Source: Nitrosopumilus sp. (GTDB lineage: Archaea; Thermoproteota; Nitrososphaeria; Nitrososphaerales; Nitrosopumilaceae). Taken from it: DNA of 42,680 bases. Location of the stretch: NCBI GenBank assembly GCA_013043295.1, contig JABDOO010000016.1, forward strand, positions 1-42,680, read 5' to 3'. The notes beneath the pieces are model-generated. The model searched no databases, was not told where the DNA came from, and worked only from the letters and a program-made list of their open reading frames with translations. Positions 27,463 through 35,751 of the stretch are shown here, piece after piece. How positions within the stretch are numbered: the stretch's first letter is position 1; every line of letters starts with the position of its first letter. The position numbers were made by a program, and so were the translations under genes.

Positions 27463-27849
27463 CTAATGTCTTTCTTCATCTTGTATTTCCCAATGTTTGT
27501 TTCCAAATCTTGAAGCAACAAATTCTATCTGACCTATTGTCTTTTCACCTTTTTTTACTTTGGCAAAATCAAATTTTTTCATTTTAATTATTTTTTCTTT
27601 AGGCTTGTATCCTCCTTCTATAACTTTGACTTTGAATCGTTTACTTGCTTTAATGATCATTTTTCTAGCACTTTGAACGTCTCCAATCCATGAAAACATT
27701 TCAAAGTCTCCAAAATTTTCTGTGGATACATTGTATCCATATAATCTAGCTTCTAGTTTGATGGATTGTTTTTTAGCCTGTGCATTTAACCATGAAATAA
27801 CTTCCTGGCCATGTCCTTTTTCAACTCCAAACGTTTCTGAATCTCCCAT
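27463..27849 (-). CDS. Hypothetical protein
   Basis: 128-aa ORF with ATG start, co-oriented 23 nt upstream of the dehydrogenase; no motif recognised. Confidence 0.75.
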   Translation of the reverse strand: MGDSETFGVEKGHGQEVISWLNAQAKKQSIKLEARLYGYNVSTENFGDFEMFSWIGDVQSARKMIIKASKRFKVKVIEGGYKPKEKIIKMKKFDFAKVKKGEKTIGQIEFVASRFGNKHWEIQDEERH

Positions 27850-27932
27850 TACATTAGATTCACAATATTAAACCATAATAATCATTTTCAAATAATTGTT
27901 AAACTAAAATATCGATTTAACTGCTATCTTTT

Positions 27933-28304
27933 ATGCTCACAATTGATTGTAAAGATGTTGAACCAATAAAGAATGAATTACTAGTTTATGTGGCAGATCA
28001 GGTTGCAGCAATTCCGACATTAAAACATCAACAATTTACTCTGTCTGCATTGGATGATGATGAAATAATTGATACTGCTGAGGTTATTTCTGCAATTAAG
28101 GAATACTTGGATTCTATTGATGAGGGAAGAAATTTTGCAGTAATTTCAAACAACAATGTAATTAATATCACATCTATTTCTGGACGAGTTATTGAACGAA
28201 GTGTTAATGAATCTCAACATGAAATGTTTTCATGCACTCATTGTGGATTTGTAACTCAATACCAAGTTGAATTAAATACTCATATGCGAATTCATTACAT
28301 CTAA
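27933..28304 (+). CDS. eL22-like domain fused to C-terminal C2H2 zinc finger
   Basis: N-terminal LTIDC and IKEYLDSIDEGRNFAVISN resemble eL22 as recalled; C-terminal CTHC-x12-HMRIH. Confidence 0.65.
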   Translation: MLTIDCKDVEPIKNELLVYVADQVAAIPTLKHQQFTLSALDDDEIIDTAEVISAIKEYLDSIDEGRNFAVISNNNVINITSISGRVIERSVNESQHEMFSCTHCGFVTQYQVELNTHMRIHYI

Positions 28305-28594
28305 TCTTTTTTTAAAATTGTAAATAATTTGTTTCTTTTAATTACTGGGTTTTCTGTAGACAGTGAAAAATCATAATGTGAAAATCTGTTTTTATATTCT
28401 ATAATATAGTTATGTGCAACTTTAGCGGTTTTGAAATTTGTCCTGATACCATCTATGTTAATTTGATTTCCAAAAACATCATAACTTATTATTTTATATT
28501 GATATGGTTTTACAATGCATTTAGTACAATACCATAAAATTCCAAATACTAACACAAAGAAACCTGTGACAAACCTGTCTGTGATTTTTCTCAC
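28301..28594 (-). CDS. Hypothetical membrane-anchored protein
   Basis: Hydrophobic FVTGFFVLVFGILWYCTKC segment; GTG 28594 chosen to leave room for divergent promoters. Confidence 0.6.
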   Translation of the reverse strand: MRKITDRFVTGFFVLVFGILWYCTKCIVKPYQYKIISYDVFGNQINIDGIRTNFKTAKVAHNYIIEYKNRFSHYDFSLSTENPVIKRNKLFTILKKD

Positions 28595-28638
28595 AAATTG
28601 ATTTTCAACAGGATCTTTATAAGCACTGATTACACACA

Positions 28639-28842
28639 ATGTTTGTGAAAAAATCTTCTAAAGATAGCGTCGTTAAGGTATATTGTGAAAAATGTGATCT
28701 AGTTTTTCAATCTCGGGAAAAATTTGAAAAACATTTTGATTCTCACTCTTCTTCTGTTGCATGCGAAGTCTGTCCCATTGATACTGCTATTGCAAAATTT
28801 ATGAATCTCTTTAAGAGAAAATCCTCTCGTGAATTGGAATAA
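28639..28842 (+). CDS. Small C2H2 zinc-finger protein
   Basis: CEKC-x12-HFDSH plus extra CEVCP. Confidence 0.75.
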   Translation: MFVKKSSKDSVVKVYCEKCDLVFQSREKFEKHFDSHSSSVACEVCPIDTAIAKFMNLFKRKSSRELE

Positions 28843-28874
28843 GTTTTTTTAACCTATTTTAACAGATTTGAAGT

Positions 28875-29540
28875 ATGAATAAAAAACCAGTAATTATTGG
28901 AGTTTTAGCCATTTCAATTATTGCTGTGATTGCAGCCTCGTTTTCTGCCCCTTCTGAAACTGTTAACCTTGATATGAGTCGAACACATGGTACAATTTCT
29001 ACTGCTATGGGTTCAGCTATTTTGGGTGATCCTTCTGCACCTATTACGATTATTGAATTTGGTGATTACCAATGTCATCAATGTTACAATTGGTTCCATA
29101 ATACAAAACCTACTATAACCAGAGATTATATTGAAACTGGAAAAGCAAATATGATATTTGTTGACCTTGCATTTTTGGGACGCGATTCTCCTATTGCAGC
29201 TCAGGCAACCTATTGCGCTGAAGATCAAGACATGTATTGGGAATATCATGATATGCTATACGGAGCTCAAGAATCTCAAATTGATAATGGATGGGCAAAT
29301 TCTGAAAGACTAAAAGCATTTGCATTTAGCTTGGGACTTGACATGGAATTATTTGAGAGCTGTCTTGACTCTGGAAAATATTCAAAACGTGTACAGTATA
29401 ATTCTCAACAAGCAAGAGAAAATGGTGTAAGAGGAACTCCTGGATTCTTTATTGTTGGACCTAATGGCCAACAAGAACAAATTGGTGGGGCACAACCATA
29501 CCCTGTCTTTAAAGAAATAATGGATTCCATGGTACTATGA
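28875..29540 (+). CDS. DsbA-family thioredoxin-fold oxidoreductase
   Basis: N-terminal anchor, LGDPSAPITIIEFGDYQCHQC, GVRGTPGF, GAQPY. Confidence 0.92.
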   Translation: MNKKPVIIGVLAISIIAVIAASFSAPSETVNLDMSRTHGTISTAMGSAILGDPSAPITIIEFGDYQCHQCYNWFHNTKPTITRDYIETGKANMIFVDLAFLGRDSPIAAQATYCAEDQDMYWEYHDMLYGAQESQIDNGWANSERLKAFAFSLGLDMELFESCLDSGKYSKRVQYNSQQARENGVRGTPGFFIVGPNGQQEQIGGAQPYPVFKEIMDSMVL

Positions 29541-30022
29541 TTAGTACTTTCAAACTTGTTTTTTCTAATGTAAAATTTATTGGAATATCTTTACTAATTT
29601 TTATTCCAATGCTTGTTGTATTACTCACTATCAGTGAGTATATTTTCTTTGAACCCTATGTAATAAGCCACATACCACAGGGAAGTGAATTTGGATTTAC
29701 TCTAATTGTTATACTGTCTGTATTATCTGCAATCGTTATTCCAATGAACATTTACCGAATTAACATGTTAAAAATCTCCAAACAAAAAATGGGAGGTGGT
29801 GTTTTTGGTTCAATAATTGGTGCTGCTGCAGGAGCTTGTAGTTGTGGTCCAATTGGATTTGCAGTGATCTCTACATTTGGATCTGTTGGAGCTACAGCAA
29901 CTGCATTTTTAACAAATTATGAAATCCCAATTAGGATAATTGCTATTGCCATATTGGCTGTAACTTACTTTACCACTGTAAAATCATTAAAAATTGAATG
30001 TAAACTTGATCCCTCATCATAA
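29537..30022 (+). CDS. Four-TM membrane protein with CxC motif
   Basis: ATGA overlap with the DsbA gene; GAAAGACSCGPIG within a hydrophobic segment. Confidence 0.8.
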   Translation: MISTFKLVFSNVKFIGISLLIFIPMLVVLLTISEYIFFEPYVISHIPQGSEFGFTLIVILSVLSAIVIPMNIYRINMLKISKQKMGGGVFGSIIGAAAGACSCGPIGFAVISTFGSVGATATAFLTNYEIPIRIIAIAILAVTYFTTVKSLKIECKLDPSS

Positions 30023-30095
30023 TTAATTAGAAATTACCATTTAGGCAAATTTTTGCAACCTTGGAATGTATCTTATAGGTATCTTATGATTAATT

Positions 30096-30173
30096 ATGAC
30101 ATTCCTCTTTGTTCCTATCAGACCTAGTAGAAGAGATCCAGATGCTGACGAAATTGAGGATTCTGAAGATTAG
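30096..30173 (+). CDS. Candidate 25-aa peptide (not in ORF track)
   Basis: MTFLFVPIRPSRRDPDADEIEDSED; TATA-like CTTATAGG about 20-25 nt upstream, T-run right after the stop. Confidence 0.4.
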   Translation: MTFLFVPIRPSRRDPDADEIEDSED

Positions 30174-30257
30174 TTTTTCCTCAATTCCATTAAATTTTCA
30201 TTAATTTTACAAATTAGCAAGTCGAGATATTTATTTGCCTTTTTTCGAATTACCCTG

Positions 30258-31196
30258 ATGATGAATTGGAGTATAATTTTTGGAATCATCATCATTTCAA
30301 GCCCTATTCTTTTTGCAATGATTGCATTCCCTGACTCTATAGCTTGGAGTTGGAATGAAGGACGTGGTGGATACTTTTTTGCTCTTATTTTTGTTGTTGC
30401 CGAATTAATTGGATTAAAAATCGTCATTTCAAAGAAAAAATTACTTGCTGTAATCCCAATGGCTGTTGTTACTATTGCATATCTTATTTCATTGGAATAT
30501 GGTTTGAGAGATTACATTGTAGCATCTGCAGAATCTTTTGATGTCCAGTTAATTTACTCTTGGACATGGATGTGGGACTTTGTCGTTATGGCCATCTTTA
30601 TTGTTACAGCTCTTAGTATTTTCTTTGGAAAACGTTGGATTAGAATTGCTCCCGCAGGCCCAATATTTCTAACAGGGACTGCAATAATCCTTTCACTTGA
30701 TGCATTTTTCCCTTATGACACCCTTGGTCCATTGCAATACATTGTTCCGTACTTTGTTCAGGCAAATGTTTGGATAATTACTGTACTTGATCTTGGAACT
30801 GCTGTAGCCAGAGACAATGTGATGTTTCTAAGAGGAGAGCATGGTTCTATGGCTCTTCAAGTATTTTGGCCATCAGCTGGTGTTCATAGCATAATCATAT
30901 TTTCATTAGTTATTGGAGCATTCATGCTAAAACTAAACATTCCTAGACATAGAAAGGCAATCTATTTTGTTTTAGGGATAATTGGAACAATCACTGTTAA
31001 TTTAATCCGAATTTTTTCATTGTCTTGGTATGCACTTAAAGTAACTACAGATCCTGTTGCATGGGAAGAATATCACAAAATTGCAGGCGAGATAATGTTT
31101 TTGCCCTGGCTATTTGCATTCATTTTAGTTGTTATTATTATAGAATCTAGAAGACTCAAAAAATCTGAAGCCGCACAGACTAAAAATAAGACGTAA
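30258..31196 (+). CDS. Thaumarchaeosortase (exosortase/archaeosortase family, Ser in place of Cys)
   Basis: Multi-TM; VFWPSAGVHS at the usual Cys site, NLIRI (Arg) and YHKIAG (His). Confidence 0.85.
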   Translation: MMNWSIIFGIIIISSPILFAMIAFPDSIAWSWNEGRGGYFFALIFVVAELIGLKIVISKKKLLAVIPMAVVTIAYLISLEYGLRDYIVASAESFDVQLIYSWTWMWDFVVMAIFIVTALSIFFGKRWIRIAPAGPIFLTGTAIILSLDAFFPYDTLGPLQYIVPYFVQANVWIITVLDLGTAVARDNVMFLRGEHGSMALQVFWPSAGVHSIIIFSLVIGAFMLKLNIPRHRKAIYFVLGIIGTITVNLIRIFSLSWYALKVTTDPVAWEEYHKIAGEIMFLPWLFAFILVVIIIESRRLKKSEAAQTKNKT

Positions 31197-32274
31197 TGTC
31201 TCTTTGCCCTTCGATATCTGAAAGCTCTGACACTTTTACCCCTAGCCTCCTTATTGTCATTTTTTGATTTTCCATTGCTTCTTTTAAAAGAAATTCTGCA
31301 GTTTTTTGTAATTCTTCAATACTTGTAGTGGGATTTCTCAGCATTTTTGATTTTGATTTATTTGATAAATCTGATTGAACAAAATGTATTCCCACTGATT
31401 TGAACATTCTGTTATTCTTCTTGACTACGTCATGTACTTCTGTACATAATTCCATCATGTTTTCAAATAAAAATTGATAATCTTTAGAATCTTTTTTCAA
31501 TGTAGTGATTTTGCTATACTGTATACTTGCCTCACGTTCTTTTACTGGTTCATCGTCTTTACCTCTAACTGCATTGTAGATGTAAGCTCCTGTTTTTCTA
31601 CCAAATTCTTTATTCAATGTAAAAATATCAATTTTTTTTAAATCTTGTATGGTTTCCAAGTTCATTTCTAAAAATTTCTTTTCTGTTTTTTTACCGATAC
31701 CTGGTATGGTTCTAATTTTTAATGGCTCCAAAAATTCTTCAACTCTTTCTTGAGATACTGTTGTTAAACCATCTGGTTTTTGAAAATCTGATGCAATTTT
31801 TGAAATTAATTTATTTGGTGATATCCCTATTGAACAACTCAGTTTTAATTTATCTCTGATAGCATTTTTAATTTGTTGTGCTAAATGATTTGCTTTTTCA
31901 AAATTCCCTTCTACCCTTTCAGTTACATCCAAGTATGCTTCATCCCTGCCCACATATTCAAAAATATCTGCATTTTCTTTCATTATTTCCATAGCTTTTT
32001 CTGATACTTCTGAATAAAATTCGAAATCGACTGGTAAAAATACGGCATCTTTTCTTTCTTCTAATCTTTTTTTTGCAAAAGAAATTGGAATTCCTGATTT
32101 TACTCCATATTTTCTTGCAGTGTAATTAGCAGTAGCTATGGCGCCACTGTCTCCACCTCTATCGGAAAACACACAAACACAAACTGGTTTGGATTTTAAT
32201 TGCGGTGATCTTGTCTCTTCGCACTGTGCATAAAAATAATCAAAATCTATGTGGAAAACTATTCTTGTTTCCAA
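31180..32274 (-). CDS. dinB: Y-family DNA polymerase IV
   Basis: FHIDFDYFYAQ, ANYTARKYGVKSG, DEAYLD, SIGISPNKLISKIASDFQKPDG, IPGIGKKT, RRLGV. Confidence 0.95.
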   Translation of the reverse strand: METRIVFHIDFDYFYAQCEETRSPQLKSKPVCVCVFSDRGGDSGAIATANYTARKYGVKSGIPISFAKKRLEERKDAVFLPVDFEFYSEVSEKAMEIMKENADIFEYVGRDEAYLDVTERVEGNFEKANHLAQQIKNAIRDKLKLSCSIGISPNKLISKIASDFQKPDGLTTVSQERVEEFLEPLKIRTIPGIGKKTEKKFLEMNLETIQDLKKIDIFTLNKEFGRKTGAYIYNAVRGKDDEPVKEREASIQYSKITTLKKDSKDYQFLFENMMELCTEVHDVVKKNNRMFKSVGIHFVQSDLSNKSKSKMLRNPTTSIEELQKTAEFLLKEAMENQKMTIRRLGVKVSELSDIEGQRDITSYF

Positions 32275-32347
32275 TACTATGCTATCTATACCTGATTATT
32301 ACTGTATTGTGGATTCATCTAAATATTGATGGTGATGTAGAATTTTC

Positions 32348-32587
32348 ATGGATTATCCTTTATCCGTAGATGAAAATGGTGTAAATCTTAAACCTGAAAA
32401 GATGGAAAAGGAAAAACTCTATCATTGCATTTTCAAGAATAAAGCTATGTTAATTTTCAAGGATTCTCAAGAGGTTCTAAATTGTTATGAAATCGAAGAG
32501 GCAGATTTAGTCGAGCAAATTAAAAAAATTGATAGTGATGACGATCTTGAAAAATTATTTGAAGATTATTTGAAAGGAAATACCTGA
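32348..32587 (+). CDS. Hypothetical protein
   Basis: 79-aa acidic ORF with ATG start filling the gap between dinB and alba. Confidence 0.7.
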   Translation: MDYPLSVDENGVNLKPEKMEKEKLYHCIFKNKAMLIFKDSQEVLNCYEIEEADLVEQIKKIDSDDDLEKLFEDYLKGNT

Positions 32588-32636
32588 AAAATTAAATAAA
32601 AGCGAGAGAGAAATTTGTTATAACAGGAATAGAAAA

Positions 32637-33068
32637 TTGAGCAACAATAAAAAATCTAAAGACGCAGAAGACATCTTATCAGAATTTGATTCAAGAAATA
32701 AACCTGAACCAACACCAGAACCTGAACCAACACCAGAAAGTAAATCAGACTCTGTCAATGATAATAATAATTCTAAACAATCTTCAAATTCTACAGAGGA
32801 TCGTGATGTAATTTTTGTTGGTACAAAACCTCTGATGACATATGTTTCTGCAACTTTAACACAATTATCCACCAGATCTACTGTAACAATCAAAGCTCGA
32901 GGTAAAAGAATCACACAGGCTGTAGATGTATCTCAAATGATAGTAAAGCGTATGGATTCCGTAGGATATGTGATTAGTGATGTAAGAATTTCATCTGATT
33001 CCTTAACGTCTCAAGACGGAAAGCAACGTAATGTTTCTACAATGGAAATTGATATTTCAAAAAACTAG
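32637..33068 (+). CDS. albA: Alba DNA/RNA-binding protein with acidic disordered N-terminal extension
   Basis: IFVGTKPLMTYV, IKARGKRITQAVDV, RNVSTMEI. Confidence 0.92.
   Translation: MSNNKKSKDAEDILSEFDSRNKPEPTPEPEPTPESKSDSVNDNNNSKQSSNSTEDRDVIFVGTKPLMTYVSATLTQLSTRSTVTIKARGKRITQAVDVSQMIVKRMDSVGYVISDVRISSDSLTSQDGKQRNVSTMEIDISKN
32701..32738 (+). repeat. 18-bp tandem duplication encoding (PEPTPE)x2 in Alba
   Basis: AACCTGAACCAACACCAG occurs twice in perfect tandem. Confidence 0.9.
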
Positions 33069-33288
33069 TTTAAAATATTTAATACTAATTTTATTTGGAG
33101 GTTTGTTTTTGGCGCTTGTTATCACATTTACAAACAATCCTTGTAATTTAGAATCTCTAATGATAAATAATGAAATTTCTTCATATGAGCAAACACTAGA
33201 CCCTGAACATTGTGAAAATATTCTTGAAAAAATTGATTTGTACAATGATCAGTGCAAATCACAACTTGAAATTTTAGATTGTGGTTAA
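33031..33288 (+). CDS. Small membrane-anchored protein with four Cys
   Basis: TM helix then short acidic domain with 4 Cys ending LDCG; start uncertain (overlaps alba by 38 nt). Confidence 0.55.
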   Translation: MFLQWKLIFQKTSLKYLILILFGGLFLALVITFTNNPCNLESLMINNEISSYEQTLDPEHCENILEKIDLYNDQCKSQLEILDCG

Positions 33289-33905
33289 GAAATAATATCT
33301 ACCAAAAACGTTATTCCAAAATAAATTAAGATTAAACTTAATCCTATCATCAAAGCTTTATAATTTCTATTTGATAGTATTTGTGTACTTTTTGAAGCAA
33401 GGAATGAAACTCCTCCCAACCAAACAAAATCCATCCATATGTGAAGAAGAAATACTACTATTATACCTGAAAATGCCCAAATCAGCATAGCATCAGAAAT
33501 TAATTTGAAACCTATGGTTAACCACCAAATTATGAAAAATGGGTTTAATGCGCTAAATATTATTCCAGAAATTAGTGCCCCTTGTTTTGGTTTTGTTGTA
33601 TGATTTTTTTTATTTTGCAGTACCGTTTTAATTTGTAATATTGCAAAAACAAATAGAGTAATTGCCCCCAAAATTGAAATTAGTATTCTAAATTCAGGAA
33701 AAGTTTCTAATGAAAATACTCCTATTCCTAGCAAAACAATTAATGGAAATTCTACAATTGCATGGCCAACTGCCATCTTGATTCCTGATTTTGCCCCATC
33801 TCGTAATCCATACGATACATTTGCAGCAAAAAGTGGTCCTGGTGCCATGACCCCTGATGCTGAAATTGCAATAACGACTACTGCAAACTCTAGAATCTGA
33901 ATCAT
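33285..33905 (-). CDS. LysE-family exporter
   Basis: SGVMAPGPL, GHAIVE, ALNPFFIIWWLTIG. Confidence 0.9.
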   Translation of the reverse strand: MIQILEFAVVVIAISASGVMAPGPLFAANVSYGLRDGAKSGIKMAVGHAIVEFPLIVLLGIGVFSLETFPEFRILISILGAITLFVFAILQIKTVLQNKKNHTTKPKQGALISGIIFSALNPFFIIWWLTIGFKLISDAMLIWAFSGIIVVFLLHIWMDFVWLGGVSFLASKSTQILSNRNYKALMIGLSLILIYFGITFLVDIIS

Positions 33906-33950
33906 TATCTTTTGAAACTAATTTAATCTGAAATAAATCTGATTGAAGTG

Positions 33951-34664
33951 CTATCTATACATAGAATCTTTTAGTGGTTTTGATCCTTCCTCTGTTTCCC
34001 TAATCATAATTTCTGCCTTTTCAGCCTCTTTTTCTAATGACGGAATATCGCATGCTGCACCTGGAATTAATTTTGACATTGCCATGCACAATTGTGCACT
34101 TGATTTAAAATCAGGCCCCTTTCCATCCGTATAAAAAATTATCACAATGACATCTTGGTCTGAAATTCTTCCTTCGTTTAGTAACATTCCTGGAATTCCT
34201 GGAATTGTTCCATGATCTAATACTTTGAGACCTGCATTTTTTATTGTATTTCTTGCTGATTCAGTACTTCCTATTCCTATCACTTCTTCATTACCGTCAG
34301 GTGATTTTATTGCGACACTACTTACAATTAATTTAATGCTGTGTTTTTTTGCCCATGACAACATTGTTTTTGCTGTAACTCTGTGTAATGGTTGGTCAAG
34401 AGTTAGATATGATAGAAAAACGCCTACTTTCAAATCTTCATTGACAAATATTCTTGTTGGAAAATTTGGTTTTCCATCTTTTACAACACTAATGGTAGGA
34501 AAACTTTCTGAATCTATTACCCCTCCTAATTCAAATTGAGATGTATGGATCATAGATTCAGTTGCAATTGTACTACTAAATCCTATTGATGGGAATCCAT
34601 CAATAAGATACCCGTTTTCTAAATTTATTTTTTTTAATTCTCTTATTTTGATTTTAGGACTCAA
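33951..34664 (-). CDS. PAC2-family proteasome assembly chaperone
   Basis: LIDGFPSIGFSSTIA, FPTRIF, GTIPGIPGMLL, GPDFKSSA, LEKEAE. Confidence 0.85.
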   Translation of the reverse strand: MSPKIKIRELKKINLENGYLIDGFPSIGFSSTIATESMIHTSQFELGGVIDSESFPTISVVKDGKPNFPTRIFVNEDLKVGVFLSYLTLDQPLHRVTAKTMLSWAKKHSIKLIVSSVAIKSPDGNEEVIGIGSTESARNTIKNAGLKVLDHGTIPGIPGMLLNEGRISDQDVIVIIFYTDGKGPDFKSSAQLCMAMSKLIPGAACDIPSLEKEAEKAEIMIRETEEGSKPLKDSMYR

Positions 34665-34705
34665 TACATTTTTTAAATATTTATCAAATAATAGGTTTGT
34701 CTATT

Positions 34706-35668
34706 CTATCTTTCTAATTTTGAAATCAATGCCGCGTATATGAAGGGCAAAATTGTTGTTACCTCTGCATGCAATGTTGATTGTTTTGCAATTTGTGTTA
34801 CTTTGCCCCATGAAATTGCTTCTCTTACCAAAGCTCCGCTTAGACTACCATCAAATTCTTGGGCTGTTGTAATGTAGAATGCATAATCTAGTCCTTCCCT
34901 GTATTGATTCCACCATAATGTGTGATGTTTTGATATGCCTCCGCCAATCATGAATGCTCCTGATTTTTCTGCTTTGAAAATTAAACCTGAAAGCAAGTTT
35001 GCATCTCCTGCCATGTTTAATTTGAAATCACTATGTTTTTGAGTAAATAACCAAATCTGACTTCCAACAGCTCCATCCATTATGCCTGGCACAACTACAT
35101 CGATATCATTTTTGTACGCCCAATACAGAAATGAATCCTCACCCAGATGTTTGCCTATCATTTTACATATTTCTGATGTGCTCATCTCTTTGTTTCCATT
35201 CTGATATTCTTCTTCTAAGAACATCTGCATTTTTTCTTCAATTAGGGGACCGTAACTATCCATTGGTACTAGAACATTTCCCAATCTGTGAATATTTTGA
35301 TTTGCCAGCTCCATGTCATCCATAGTAAATGAACCTTCTTTGTAATGTGAAAAATGTTTTGCAATATCATGATCTAATGCTCCACATGTTGTTATTGCAA
35401 CATCAAACCATTTTTTCTTGATCATATCTTTGATAATTCCACGAAGTCCTGTGGATACCACTGCACCTACAAATGAAATAAACCGTAAACACTGTTTATC
35501 AGAAATCATTTCTGATAAAATCTCTAATCCGTCTGATAGATTTACTGACTCAAATCCTCCTGATTGCGATAGTTCTTTGAAAATATTCTCTAAAGATGTG
35601 TTTGAATCAATTTCAATATCTTTTACTGGACGACCTGCCTCTACCATGAATTGAGTTGTTGACGCCAA
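34706..35668 (-). CDS. dys: Deoxyhypusine synthase
   Basis: VSTGLRG, TTCGALDHD, IHRLGNV, DGAVG, IGGGISKHH, FDGSLSGA, EAISWGKV. Confidence 0.95.
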   Translation of the reverse strand: MASTTQFMVEAGRPVKDIEIDSNTSLENIFKELSQSGGFESVNLSDGLEILSEMISDKQCLRFISFVGAVVSTGLRGIIKDMIKKKWFDVAITTCGALDHDIAKHFSHYKEGSFTMDDMELANQNIHRLGNVLVPMDSYGPLIEEKMQMFLEEEYQNGNKEMSTSEICKMIGKHLGEDSFLYWAYKNDIDVVVPGIMDGAVGSQIWLFTQKHSDFKLNMAGDANLLSGLIFKAEKSGAFMIGGGISKHHTLWWNQYREGLDYAFYITTAQEFDGSLSGALVREAISWGKVTQIAKQSTLHAEVTTILPFIYAALISKLER

Positions 35669-35712
35669 GTATAAAATTCTGCCTTCAGTGAATTAATCTC
35701 ATTGTATAAAGT

Positions 35713-35727
35713 AAGAAAACTTTAAAC
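35713..35727 (+). promoter_or_regulatory. BRE plus TATA promoter of ino1
   Basis: AAGAAAAC followed by TTTAAA at 35721-35726, about 26-31 nt upstream of ATG 35752. Confidence 0.6.
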
Positions 35728-35751
35728 CCGTCTAAAAATACCAAACTTCGA

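Noticed and set aside
24515-27587. Long antisense ORFs (24515-25012, 27036-27587 and similar shadows elsewhere)
   Set aside because: Mirror frames of well-supported genes with no motifs.
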